Below are positions 54,689 through 64,000 of a stretch of DNA of 64,000 nt, piece after piece. The stretch is from Candidatus Woesebacteria bacterium RIFCSPHIGHO2_01_FULL_39_32 (lineage in GTDB: Bacteria; Patescibacteriota; Microgenomatia; UBA8517): contig MGGJ01000013.1 of assembly GCA_001792345.1 (NCBI GenBank), positions 85,371 to 149,370 of the forward strand, given 5' to 3'. The notes beneath the pieces are model-generated. The model was not told where the DNA came from and made no database searches. It saw only the letters and a program-made list of their open reading frames with translations. The first letter of the stretch is position 1. The number at the start of each line of letters is the position of its first letter. Position numbers and translations under genes: made by a program.

Positions 54689-56737
54689 TTAATTAACTTC
54701 TTTTTCTGTTTCCTTATCTTTGATTGCACCCGGTTTACGCCAGCTTGCCCATTTGCATTTCGGATAACGGGAACAGCCGTAAAACTTCTTCCCTCTTCTT
54801 GTAGTTTTTACAATTATGTCACCCTTTTTACACTCTGGGCATTTCATTCCAAGCTTTTCAATATATTTCTCGGTATGTTTACACTCCGGAAAAAGAGAGC
54901 ATGAAATAAATTTTCCAAATCTTCCAACCCTAATAACCAAATCTCCTTGTTTATCTCCCACTCTTCCTTCTAATTCACATGTTGGGCATTTTTTCCCAAG
55001 TTTCTCCGCTTCAATTTTTACACGTTTGGCTTTTTCTTCAACTTCTTCCAATTTTTTATCAAAGGGTGTGTAAAATTCGCTCATCATTTTTTGCCACTCC
55101 CGTTCTCCTTTTGCAATATTATCTAACTCATTTTCCATCTGGGCTGTAAACGAATAGTCAACAATGTTTTTAAAGTTCAATACCAAAAAATCATTTACCG
55201 CTATTCCAATAGGAGTCGGCTGGAATTTTCCTTCCAACTTTTCAACATAATTACGAACTTGAATTGTTGTGATAATCGGGGCGTAGGTTGACGGCCTTCC
55301 AATTCCTAGTTTTTCTAGAGTTTTAATTAAAGATGCTTCATTATAACGGGGGGGTGGTTGAGTAAACTTTTGTTCAGATGTAACTTTTATTAAATCGAGT
55401 GCTTCATCTATCCCAACAACAGGTAATTCTGGAGCCTCTTCTTTTGAAAGCGGGATAACTTTTCTCCAACCATCAAACTTCATGACTTGTCCGCTCGCGC
55501 GAAGAAGATAATTGTTAGTATTTAATGATTGATGGCTAATTAGGGGGGTTGCGAGAACATCAATTGCAGTTTCGTCAAAAACACTCTCTGTCATTTGACA
55601 TGCTACAAACCGGCGCCAAATAAGATCGTATAATCTCTCTGCATCTTTCTCGAATTTGTAATTTGTAATTTGAAATTTGGTATTTATATCTGTAGGACGT
55701 ATTGCCTCATGTGCCTCTTGAGCAAGCTTGGAAGTTTTTCTGAAAAATCTAGGTTTTTCCGGTATATATTTAACTCCAAAATTCTTTGAAATATATTCTC
55801 TTGCTTTTGATACAGCAGCTGCTGCCAAATTTACGGAATCTGTTCTGTGATAAGTAATGAGACCTTCCTCATAAAGTCTTTGAGCTACAGACATTGTTCT
55901 TTTTGCCGACCAACCGAAAAGTCTTGCGCCTGCTTGAGTCATTGTCGAAGTCGTAAAAGGTGGGTATGGATTTTTTCTTACTTGCCTTTTTCTGACATCA
56001 AAGACTTTGTATCCAGCCTTTTCAAGATCCGTTACTACTGCTTTTGCTTCTTGCTCGTTTTTAACTTCCGCTTTCTTCTCACCAACCTTAACCAACTGAA
56101 CAGTAAGGTCTTCGGTTTTGAGTTCTGGGTTTTGAGTTCTGAGTTGACAAAATATCTCCCAATACTCCTCGGATTTGAACGCTTCAATTTCTCTTTCGCG
56201 CTCTACAATTAAACGAACTGCAACTGATTGCACCCTGCCTGCCGATAAACCACGACGTATTTTTTTCCACAATAAGGGAGATAGTTTGTATCCAACAAGC
56301 CTGTCAAGAACGCGTCGCGCAATTTGTGCATCAACCAAATGAACATCGATGCCTCGAGGATTTACAATTGCTTCTTCTACCGCTTCTTTTGTAATTTCGT
56401 GGAAAACAATCCGCTTTAATTGGTCTGTGGTCAGTGGTCCGTGGTCAGTTAAAATCTCTTTTACATGTTGGGCGATTGCCTCTCCCTCACGGTCAGGATC
56501 CGTTGCAATAAATATCTTGTCGGATCTAACGGCCGCATCCTTTATCTTTTTAATACTATCTGCCTTTTTCTCAACAGCTAAATACTTTGGTTCAAAATTT
56601 TTCTCGAGGTCAACGGCTAATTCACTTTTAGGTAAATCTTTAATATGCCCCATTGTGGCTTCCACCGAATACTCTTTCCCGAGGAAGCGGGATAACGTAC
56701 GAGCTTTAGTTGGCGACTCGACAATTATTAAATTCAT
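54689..56737 (-). CDS. topA: DNA topoisomerase I
   Basis: Toprim N-terminus MNLIIVESPTKARTL, a catalytic Tyr region, and three C-terminal C4 zinc ribbons. Confidence 0.9.
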   Translation of the reverse strand: MNLIIVESPTKARTLSRFLGKEYSVEATMGHIKDLPKSELAVDLEKNFEPKYLAVEKKADSIKKIKDAAVRSDKIFIATDPDREGEAIAQHVKEILTDHGPLTTDQLKRIVFHEITKEAVEEAIVNPRGIDVHLVDAQIARRVLDRLVGYKLSPLLWKKIRRGLSAGRVQSVAVRLIVEREREIEAFKSEEYWEIFCQLRTQNPELKTEDLTVQLVKVGEKKAEVKNEQEAKAVVTDLEKAGYKVFDVRKRQVRKNPYPPFTTSTMTQAGARLFGWSAKRTMSVAQRLYEEGLITYHRTDSVNLAAAAVSKAREYISKNFGVKYIPEKPRFFRKTSKLAQEAHEAIRPTDINTKFQITNYKFEKDAERLYDLIWRRFVACQMTESVFDETAIDVLATPLISHQSLNTNNYLLRASGQVMKFDGWRKVIPLSKEEAPELPVVGIDEALDLIKVTSEQKFTQPPPRYNEASLIKTLEKLGIGRPSTYAPIITTIQVRNYVEKLEGKFQPTPIGIAVNDFLVLNFKNIVDYSFTAQMENELDNIAKGEREWQKMMSEFYTPFDKKLEEVEEKAKRVKIEAEKLGKKCPTCELEGRVGDKQGDLVIRVGRFGKFISCSLFPECKHTEKYIEKLGMKCPECKKGDIIVKTTRRGKKFYGCSRYPKCKWASWRKPGAIKDKETEKEVN

Positions 56738-57831
56738 ATTTTTTTGTAAACTCCATTCCCAATGTTTTTAATCATCCCTTTTAATTCCATAACAGTCAGT
56801 TTCCCAGAAACTTCCGAAACTTTCAACCCCGATATTCTACCAATTTCGTCAAGATGTAAGGGCTCTCTTTCTAATATTTCGATCAATTTCTCTTCTAAAC
56901 CATCATTCGGTAAAATTTTTTCTACAGCTTCCTTATCAACTCTCAGCTGTAAATCTAATTCTTCTAATATATCTTGGGAAGATGTGATCATCTTAGCTCC
57001 GTTTTTAATTAAATAATTGGGAGCGGCCGACATGGGGGAGAAAATTTGTCCCGGCACTGCAAATACAGTTCTTCCTTGATTCGCCGCATGTTTTGCCGTA
57101 TGAATAGTTCCACTTTTAATCATACCTTCGACCACAATAACTGCCTTTGACAAACCTGAAATTATCCTATTTCTAAAGGGGAAAAAATGCCGCTGGGCTT
57201 CGACTCCCGGAGGAAACTCTGAGACAATTGCACCACCCGTTTTTATGATTTTTAGGCCCAACCACTCATTTGATCTTGGAGTAATTACATCCACCCCTGA
57301 AGCCAATACTGCAATGCAGCGCCCGTTAACTTCAAGCACACTTTTATGAGCAGCTAAATCAACTCCGAAAGCAAGTCCTGAAACTATAGTTATACCGACG
57401 CTGGCAAGCTCCATTGCCAGTTTTTCTGTCACCTCGCGTCCATAAGAAGTCATTTTCCTGCTACCCACAATCGCGACTGCATTACAATCATTTTTGCTTA
57501 AGGCTCCTCTTACATATAAAACTTGTGGTGCATCCTCCAATCCTTTTAGGTTTTCCGGATAATCCTCGTCATTAATTGTAACAAAATCAATTCCGTAATC
57601 ATTCAATCTATTAAAGTATCTTTCGAAATCAAACCCATCCCTATACTCTAAAAAACTTTTAATTGTTTTTTCCCTTAAACCGACCTCTGCTAATTTTTGA
57701 AATGTAGCATTCCATGCATTTTTTGCACCACCAAAGTATTGCGTCAGAAGTTTTGTCCTGACAGGACCAAATTGGGTATATGAGGTTAATGCAACTAAAT
57801 ATTTTTTACTGATGTCTTCTTTCTGGCCCAT
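56734..57831 (-). CDS. dprA: DNA-processing protein DprA (Smf)
   Basis: Rossmann-like core VAIVGSRKMTSYGREV...IVSGLAFGVDLAAHK and a C-terminal winged helix. Confidence 0.85.
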   Translation of the reverse strand: MGQKEDISKKYLVALTSYTQFGPVRTKLLTQYFGGAKNAWNATFQKLAEVGLREKTIKSFLEYRDGFDFERYFNRLNDYGIDFVTINDEDYPENLKGLEDAPQVLYVRGALSKNDCNAVAIVGSRKMTSYGREVTEKLAMELASVGITIVSGLAFGVDLAAHKSVLEVNGRCIAVLASGVDVITPRSNEWLGLKIIKTGGAIVSEFPPGVEAQRHFFPFRNRIISGLSKAVIVVEGMIKSGTIHTAKHAANQGRTVFAVPGQIFSPMSAAPNYLIKNGAKMITSSQDILEELDLQLRVDKEAVEKILPNDGLEEKLIEILEREPLHLDEIGRISGLKVSEVSGKLTVMELKGMIKNIGNGVYKKI

Positions 57832-57877
57832 TATTTAAATAATATGACATCAGCGACAGAAATCATACTTGATTTCT

Positions 57878-59542
57878 TTATCTGTCATTGGCGGGAGGAA
57901 CTTTAAAATAGTAGTTAAATATCTCGCGTGCTATTGGTCCCGCAACCCGAGAGCCCTCTCCTCCTCTCTCAACCAAAATTGTGGCAATAATTTCAGGGTC
58001 ATCTTTTGGTGCAAAAGCTGTAAACCAAGCGTGAGTATCGTCAGTTCCATCACCGACTTCTGCGGTTCCCGTTTTACAACCAACCTCATACCCACTTTTT
58101 TCTTTAAAATCAAAAAAAGTATAACCCGTACCCCCCAGGCTACAAGCACCCACCATACCTTTTTTGACTAGGTCTATATTTTCTTTTTTGATCCCTAAAT
58201 CGCGGCAAAGAAAATTCCCCGCAAAAGCTTCTTCATTTAAAATATGCGGTGAACAATATTCCCCACCATTAGAAATCGCTGCAATTGCTTGGTTTACTGC
58301 AATTGGTGTCAGGGCGATATCTCCCTGCCCTATCGATAAATGGTAAGTATTTCCTAAAAACCAACGTTCTGCCTTTACCCTAACCTTCCAAACAGGATTC
58401 GGCACCAAACCAGCAATTTCTCCCGGAATGTCAATTCCCGTAACCTCATCTAGTCCAAAGGTATGCGACCAATCGGCAATTTTTTCAACACCAGTAAGTT
58501 CTCCGATCTGGTAAAAAAAGGTATCGGTTGAACGAGTAATAGCTCGTTCCAGATCTATAGTTCCTTCACGACCACCATACTGGGTAAAGTACCAGTTGTT
58601 GAAAGTAAAATCACCATAAACACTTTTTATTGCAATGTAACCATTATCTTCATAAGTGAAACTGCCATCTATTTTTTCTTCTTCCAATGCGGCTACAGCC
58701 ACTACTGGTTTAAAAACTGATCCTGGGTGATACTTCCCACCTATAACTCGGTTGAAAAGCGGCTTTTTTTCGTCTGTAAGAATTTCTTCTGCTTCTTTTT
58801 GTTTTGCCTCATTATTAAATACATTTGGGTCATATGAAGGTGAAGAATAAAACGCAAGAATTTCGCCTTTGGGATCGGTAATAACAGCCGCTCCTACATC
58901 ACTTTTTAACATTTCGGCCAATTTTTTTTGAAGACCAAAATCAATCGTTGTATGAATATCCCTTCCAGGAGTTGGATTCTTTCTACCCAAAGTACGTACT
59001 CTTTCTCCAAAAGCGTCAACTTCAATCAGCTCCTCTCCATCAATTCCCCGTAGGGTGCAGTCATATTTCTCTTCCAATCCACCTCGTCCAATTAGTGCAC
59101 CCAGCTTCCTCGGTCCTTTCTCTAGACACTGCGCTTCCACCTTACCAAGCTCTTCTTGCGATACTTCACCAAGATAACCTGTTAAATGCGCAAAGACATC
59201 TGCCTGAGGATATGTCCTAACCCACTCAGTAATTAGACTTTTCGTTGACTCAGAGGTTTCTGCGTCATGCTTTTCAATACCAGACTTTTCGAAGACAACT
59301 TCTTTTTGAACTTGCCCATTGTCTGTAATAACCTCTCCGCCTCTTGCGAAAATTCTTCCTCTTGGAGCTACAATTACGACACGCCGAATTCTATTTTCTT
59401 CAGCTAAAACCCTGAAATATTTCCCTCGTATGATCTGTAAATCTACTAACCTTCCGGCTAATACCAAAAAACCTAAGGTTACAACTCCTCTTAAAAACCA
59501 TATAAGCCAACTTTGGGTTTTTATAGCAAGTAAAGTCTGCAT
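57878..59542 (-). CDS. mrdA: Penicillin-binding protein 2 (elongasome transpeptidase)
   Basis: N-terminal TM. SxxK (GSVFKP), SxN and KTG (CKTGTAEV). Adjacent to mreB. Confidence 0.8.
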   Translation of the reverse strand: MQTLLAIKTQSWLIWFLRGVVTLGFLVLAGRLVDLQIIRGKYFRVLAEENRIRRVVIVAPRGRIFARGGEVITDNGQVQKEVVFEKSGIEKHDAETSESTKSLITEWVRTYPQADVFAHLTGYLGEVSQEELGKVEAQCLEKGPRKLGALIGRGGLEEKYDCTLRGIDGEELIEVDAFGERVRTLGRKNPTPGRDIHTTIDFGLQKKLAEMLKSDVGAAVITDPKGEILAFYSSPSYDPNVFNNEAKQKEAEEILTDEKKPLFNRVIGGKYHPGSVFKPVVAVAALEEEKIDGSFTYEDNGYIAIKSVYGDFTFNNWYFTQYGGREGTIDLERAITRSTDTFFYQIGELTGVEKIADWSHTFGLDEVTGIDIPGEIAGLVPNPVWKVRVKAERWFLGNTYHLSIGQGDIALTPIAVNQAIAAISNGGEYCSPHILNEEAFAGNFLCRDLGIKKENIDLVKKGMVGACSLGGTGYTFFDFKEKSGYEVGCKTGTAEVGDGTDDTHAWFTAFAPKDDPEIIATILVERGGEGSRVAGPIAREIFNYYFKVPPANDR

Positions 59543-60637
59543 TTACATTCCTTTAGAGATTCTAATCTTATCAAGTAAACTCATATCGGAGAGGACTATT
59601 CCACATCCTCTAACCACACATGTTAGTGGATCTTCGGCAATATAGGTAGGCATTTTAGTTGCTTCGGCTATAACCTCATCGATGCCGGGTAGCAGTGATC
59701 CCCCACCTGCTAAAAAAATTCCCTTTTCCATAATATCTGCAACCAACTCAGGTGGAGTTTCTTCAAGGGTATCTACTATGTTTCCAATAATTTCCTGAAT
59801 GGTAGGAGCGAGTGCTTCGCGAATTTCAGCACTCGTAAGTTTTATTGATTTCGGAAGTCCTGTCTCCAAATCGCGACCTCGCACGACAAAAAACTTTTCT
59901 TCTTTCAATTGCGCAACACTTCCAATTGTGACTTTCACTTCTTCGGCTGTGGCTTCACCCAAAAGAAGGGAATATTTAAGTCGTACATAGGAGGCAATTG
60001 CCTCATCCATCTCGTCGCCCGCAATTCGAATTGATCGGCCAACCACAGTACCACCCAATGATATAACAGCCATCTCGGACGTACCGCCTCCTATGTCTAC
60101 AATAAAGATTCCTTCGGGTCCCTCTACAGGCAAACCCGCCCCAATTGCAGCAGCCATGGGTTCTTCAATTAGATGAGCCTCGCGGGCTCCAGACGTGACT
60201 GCTGCATCAGCAACAGCTCTTCTTTCAACCTCGGTAACCCCTGACGGAATTCCAATGACTACTCTAGGTCTTGGTACTTTGGGAAATACTCCGCCGGATT
60301 CATGAACACGTCTTATGTAGTGCGAAAGCATCGCGGCAGTAGCATCAAAATCGGCTATAACTCCATCTCGAAGAGGCCGAATAGTTTCAATCGTTGCCGG
60401 TGCACGCCCTATCATTCTCTTGGCTGAAGATCCTATTGCAAGTATTTCCTTTGTTTTTTTATGACGAGCGATCGCAGAAGGTTCACGAATGACAATACCT
60501 TTTCCTTTCACCCACACAAGTGTATTTGCTGTACCCAGATCAATCCCTACATCGTGAGAAAAAAGACCAAATATCCTATTTATATGAAACCTGGGTAAAA
60601 TACTACCTAATCGTTTGATGTTCGATCTTAACTTCAT
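59543..60637 (-). CDS. mreB: Rod-shape-determining actin homolog MreB
   Basis: GIDLGTANTLVWVKGKG and the rest colinear with MreB. The true start may lie downstream of the track start. Confidence 0.9.
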   Translation of the reverse strand: MKLRSNIKRLGSILPRFHINRIFGLFSHDVGIDLGTANTLVWVKGKGIVIREPSAIARHKKTKEILAIGSSAKRMIGRAPATIETIRPLRDGVIADFDATAAMLSHYIRRVHESGGVFPKVPRPRVVIGIPSGVTEVERRAVADAAVTSGAREAHLIEEPMAAAIGAGLPVEGPEGIFIVDIGGGTSEMAVISLGGTVVGRSIRIAGDEMDEAIASYVRLKYSLLLGEATAEEVKVTIGSVAQLKEEKFFVVRGRDLETGLPKSIKLTSAEIREALAPTIQEIIGNIVDTLEETPPELVADIMEKGIFLAGGGSLLPGIDEVIAEATKMPTYIAEDPLTCVVRGCGIVLSDMSLLDKIRISKGM

Positions 60638-60737
60638 CCACTGCAGTATAGCTTTTTGCTAATTAGTTGCAAACTATAAAATTGTGAAGCTTAAATTATA
60701 TTCTCACTTCACATTTAAAGCGTCGGATTGTAAAGTT

Positions 60738-60840
60738 ATTTTATGACATTCTCAGCGGGCTGAGAGCCCGCTGTTTCACACATGAGCGAGAATGACATAT
60801 CAAGTTCAATTCCTCCGTGGGCTAAGAGCCCACGGTTTCC
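60738..60840 (+). promoter_or_regulatory. Pair of near-identical GC-rich hairpins in the leader of the O-antigen-ligase-like gene
   Basis: CAGCGGGCT GAGA GCCCGCTG and CCGTGGGCT AAGA GCCCACGG are each perfect 9-bp stems with 4-nt loops, ~60 nt apart. Both are preceded by (A)TGACAT. Confidence 0.4.
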
Positions 60841-60851
60841 TTGAAATTGCT

Positions 60852-62990
60852 ATGAGCAAAACTATAACAAAACTAATCGAATATCTATTTTTTCTTCTCC
60901 TACTATTAACCCCTTTGGTTGTTTTCCCGAAAACTTCCGAACTCTTTGAGTTTAACAAAATGATCCTGACCTACATTTTTACGGTTTTAATTATCTCACT
61001 CTGGATCATTCGAATAATAATTGAGGGAAAAGTTATTTTTCGTCGAAGCTTACTTGATATTCCTTTAATAGTTTTTTTAATTTCTCAGTTTCTTAGCACT
61101 ATAGTCTCCGTTGATTACAGAACATCACTTCTTGGGTATTATTCACGCTTTCATGGAGGTTTTATGTCGAGCGTCAGCTACTCTTTTGTCTATTGGGCAT
61201 ATGTTTCAAATATGAACCGAGAATCCACACATAAGGCTTTGAAATTTTTATTTTCTTCGGCACTGATCGTTAGCATGTGGGGGATTTTGGAGCAGACAGG
61301 TCACTCATTAAGTTGTCTGCTATTTCCCGAGTTCAAAAGTTTCGACGTATCCTGTTGGGTACAAGACGTTAAAAACAGAGTCTTTGCGACAATCGGCCAA
61401 CCCAATTGGTTAGCAGCGTGGATTGTAGTCATAATCCCACTAGCGTGGGCTTACGGAATTTCCAATAAATTAAAAAAATCAAATTACAAAGTATTAAATA
61501 AATTATTTTGGATAATGCTTTCTACTCTATTCCTTCTTACTCTTCTATACACTAAATCACGTTCCGGTCTTGGAGCTTTCGTTCTGGCTTTTTTCCTTTT
61601 CTGGATATCCACTTTCTTGCTATTTAGCTTCAACAAAATTCACACGACCGTTTTAAAAAAGTTGATCGTATTTTCTTTTCTTATTACCCTTTTAATGACG
61701 GGGTTTATAATATTTGCAGTAGGCACTCCGTGGACTCCAAGGTTAAGAGATTTAATTTCAAACCAACAATCAACTACTGACTCCCAACAACCTGCAGCTC
61801 CCGTCGGACCTGCACTTGAGGTTGGTGGAACCGAATCCGGAAAGATTAGAGGAATTGTTTGGAAAGGGGCGATTGATATCTGGAAACATTACCCAATACT
61901 AGGAACTGGTGTGGAAACTTTTGCTTTTTCCTATTACAATTTTCGCCCCGTCGAGCATAATCTAGTCTCAGAATGGGACTACCTCTACAATAAAGCGCAC
62001 AACGAATATTTGAATTTTGCTGCTACAACAGGAACGCTCGGCTTACTTTCATATTTGTTTCTAATAGGAGCAGTCCTCTACCAAATCACTAAAATATCAA
62101 TAACCAGTAGCCAAAAGGATCCTAATTCCTATATCCTACTTCCCATATCCCTCTTAGCAGGTTTTTCCAGTATCCTTGTAACCAACTTCTTCGGCTTCTC
62201 TGTCGTCATCGTGGCGCTCTTATTTCTCCTGTACCCCGCAATGGCAGTAACTTTAGGGCATGAGAGTAAAAGTGTTGAAGAGTATAAGTTTAAAACCTTA
62301 TCTAATGGCCAAATACTAGGTATTCTTATCTCATGCACTCTAGCTCTTATACTCTTATACTCTATTTCTAAGTACTGGTACGCAGATTACCTCTACGCAC
62401 AAGGAAAACTCAATAATGATGCAGGAAACTTCGTAAAAGGTCGTGAACTTATAAACCGCGCGGTTTCCTTATCTCCGAAAGAAAGCATATTTTGGAGCGA
62501 ATTATCCAGTTCAACCGCAACACTTGCTCTTTTTGCAGCGAAACAAAACGACTCTGAACTTGCAAAACAATTAGCCAATTCCGCCGTTATTGAATCCGGG
62601 AACGCAGTTGCACTCTCTCCTGCAAACGTTAATCTTAAAAGAGATATGGCGGCGAGATTAGTAGACCTGGCTCCTTTAAATCCAAACTATATAATTTCAG
62701 CCAGGGATACTTTGATTGAGGCTTCGCGCCTTGCTCCGACTGAAGCAAAACTCCAATACAACCTTTCGATTGCACATCTACGGGTAGGTGACTACGCAAA
62801 AGCAATTGAAGTTATGGAAAAAGTAATTGATATGAAACCAGATTATCGACAAGCCCGCTATGCACTGGCACTCATGTACATTGACGCCGACGAAAAGCAA
62901 AAAGCGAAAGACCAGCTAGAATATATTCTTAATAATCTCAATAGAGATGATGTTGAGGCCCGACGTGAACTTACTGAATTGGGTCTGTAA
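60852..62990 (+). CDS. O-antigen-ligase/polymerase-family polytopic membrane protein (Wzy_C) with a C-terminal TPR domain
   Basis: About 12 TM segments. Wzy_C signature NKAHNEYLNFAATTGTLGLLSYL. C-terminal TPR repeats. The start is moved to MSKTIT because the 20 upstream codons are a GC-rich hairpin. Confidence 0.6.
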   Translation: MSKTITKLIEYLFFLLLLLTPLVVFPKTSELFEFNKMILTYIFTVLIISLWIIRIIIEGKVIFRRSLLDIPLIVFLISQFLSTIVSVDYRTSLLGYYSRFHGGFMSSVSYSFVYWAYVSNMNRESTHKALKFLFSSALIVSMWGILEQTGHSLSCLLFPEFKSFDVSCWVQDVKNRVFATIGQPNWLAAWIVVIIPLAWAYGISNKLKKSNYKVLNKLFWIMLSTLFLLTLLYTKSRSGLGAFVLAFFLFWISTFLLFSFNKIHTTVLKKLIVFSFLITLLMTGFIIFAVGTPWTPRLRDLISNQQSTTDSQQPAAPVGPALEVGGTESGKIRGIVWKGAIDIWKHYPILGTGVETFAFSYYNFRPVEHNLVSEWDYLYNKAHNEYLNFAATTGTLGLLSYLFLIGAVLYQITKISITSSQKDPNSYILLPISLLAGFSSILVTNFFGFSVVIVALLFLLYPAMAVTLGHESKSVEEYKFKTLSNGQILGILISCTLALILLYSISKYWYADYLYAQGKLNNDAGNFVKGRELINRAVSLSPKESIFWSELSSSTATLALFAAKQNDSELAKQLANSAVIESGNAVALSPANVNLKRDMAARLVDLAPLNPNYIISARDTLIEASRLAPTEAKLQYNLSIAHLRVGDYAKAIEVMEKVIDMKPDYRQARYALALMYIDADEKQKAKDQLEYILNNLNRDDVEARRELTELGL

Positions 62991-63567
62991 TGATATAATC
63001 GCCGTTATGATCAGAGATATAGTAAATGCAAAAGACCCAAGGCTACGTGTTACTTCAAAACCGGTTAACAAAATTGATAAAAAGATACGCGAAATAATAA
63101 ATGATCTTAAAGAGACGCTTGTCGTTCAAAACGATCCGGAAGGAATTGGATTGGCGGCACCGCAAATAGGGAAAAATGTTCGCGTGTTTGTAATGAAACC
63201 AGATGAGGAAATAACAACCGTAATCAATCCCAAGATTCTAAAAATCTATGATTCATCTCCTCATGGATCATTTAAGAAAAAATCTAATAAAGGAAAGCCT
63301 GCAAAGAAAGATAAAAAAATAATGGAGGGTTGCCTATCTCTTCCCCATTTCTACGGACCTATCAGACGCGCCAAGAAAGTCACAATTGAGTATCTCGAAG
63401 AAAATGGCGTTAAGAAAAATAAAACATTTGAAGGACTGGAAGCTCAAATTGTTCTGCATGAAATTGATCATCTGGACGGGAAGCTTTTTATAGATCGGCT
63501 TATTGAACAGAAAAAGCCGTTATTCGAATATAAAGATGGAGAATGGGAAGAGGTGGATCTTATATGA
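62947..63567 (+). CDS. def: Peptide deformylase with a lysine-rich insertion
   Basis: GIGLAAPQIG, EGCLS and HEIDHLDG motifs. Confidence 0.85.
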   Translation: MMLRPDVNLLNWVCNDIIAVMIRDIVNAKDPRLRVTSKPVNKIDKKIREIINDLKETLVVQNDPEGIGLAAPQIGKNVRVFVMKPDEEITTVINPKILKIYDSSPHGSFKKKSNKGKPAKKDKKIMEGCLSLPHFYGPIRRAKKVTIEYLEENGVKKNKTFEGLEAQIVLHEIDHLDGKLFIDRLIEQKKPLFEYKDGEWEEVDLI

Positions 63568-64000
63568 AGATCGTTTTTTTTGGTACCCCCGATTACGTCT
63601 TACCAGTTTTAGATGCTCTGCATAAAGCATTCAAGCCTCGATCTCTCGAATCTCCGATTGCTGCAGTAGTTACTCAACCACCTAAACCCATCGGAAGAAA
63701 ACAGCAATTAGAATATTCGCCTGCTGATAATTGGGCGCACAAGAAAAAAATTCCGATATTTTTTGATCCCAACGACATTATAAAAAACAAAATTCAGGCT
63801 GATATCGGAATTCTGGCATCTTACGGACGAATTATCACAAAGGATGTAATTGATTATTTCCCTCATGGAATACTTAACATTCACTTTTCCTTATTGCCCG
63901 AATTAAGAGGAGCCGCACCCATCCCTGCAACTCTTGTTATGGGGAAAAAAGACGCTGGAGTAACAATCTTCAGGTTAGATGAGCTTCTTGATCACGGGCA
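63564..64000 (+). CDS. fmt: Methionyl-tRNA formyltransferase (5' part, runs off the window)
   Basis: MKIVFFGTPDYVLPVLDAL...VVTQPPKPIGRKQQL. ATGA start/stop overlap with def. Confidence 0.8.
   Translation, partial: MKIVFFGTPDYVLPVLDALHKAFKPRSLESPIAAVVTQPPKPIGRKQQLEYSPADNWAHKKKIPIFFDPNDIIKNKIQADIGILASYGRIITKDVIDYFPHGILNIHFSLLPELRGAAPIPATLVMGKKDAGVTIFRLDELLDHG

Noticed and set aside
55650-56470. Short tandem repeats inside topA: AATTTGT x2-3, a GTTTTGAGTTCTGG doublet and a GTGGTCNG run
   Set aside because: They are in frame within a conserved topoisomerase I and have no hairpin partner. They probably reflect compositional bias or slippage footprints, not a distinct feature.
1-64000. tRNA, rRNA and CRISPR arrays
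   Set aside because: I scanned the non-coding gaps for tRNA-like T-arm signatures (GTTCGAATCC or GTTCAAATCC) and for regularly spaced direct repeats. I found none. The repeats present are hairpin palindromes, not CRISPR-like.

Overview
This 64-kb window is AT-rich (estimated about 38-40% GC by eye), compact, and mostly transcribed from the minus strand. It looks like a small-genome bacterium, plausibly CPR/Patescibacteria-like; that placement is an inference from gene content and compactness. Most of it is housekeeping operons. These are rpsF-ssb-rpsR, ychF, metG, ksgA, cysS, recR-ybaB-dnaX, ybeY-yqeY-HIT, proS, rseP, rpsB-tsf-frr, folD, glyA, tmk-thyX-like-dcd, topA-dprA, mreB-PBP2 and def-fmt. 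Accessory content is spread through it:
1. A decayed integrative island: a truncated large serine recombinase next to two tandem sulfotransferases.
2. A candidate surface-decoration cluster: HAD, a cytidylyltransferase-like gene, a group-II PLP decarboxylase and a GT4 glycosyltransferase.
3. A membrane cupredoxin next to a PQQ-type sugar dehydrogenase.
4. An envelope two-component system with a CpxP-like periplasmic protein.
5. Tandem alpha/beta-hydrolase paralogs.
6. A block of orphan genes: PspC, a 775-aa protein, a C39-like/TPR membrane protein and a stand-alone receiver.
7. A large Fic-domain protein.
8. A Tat-secreted VanY-type peptidase cassette flanked by direct repeats of the folD 3' end.
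The most unusual sequence-level signals are:
1. A family of short GC-rich palindromic elements (core CTGAGCGAAGTCGAAGG / CCTTCGACT...GCTCAGG). They occur in intergenic DNA and as in-frame insertions inside at least three protein-coding genes, which is RPE-like behaviour.
2. Hairpin elements at gene junctions built from tandem heptanucleotide repeats. One conserved ~65-nt version lies in the leaders of both ssb and ybaB, and its arms also encode the C-termini of the upstream proteins.
3. A fused double ThyX-like protein with non-canonical RHR motifs.
4. A CysRS whose HIGH motif reads SIGN.
I found no tRNA, rRNA or CRISPR array.
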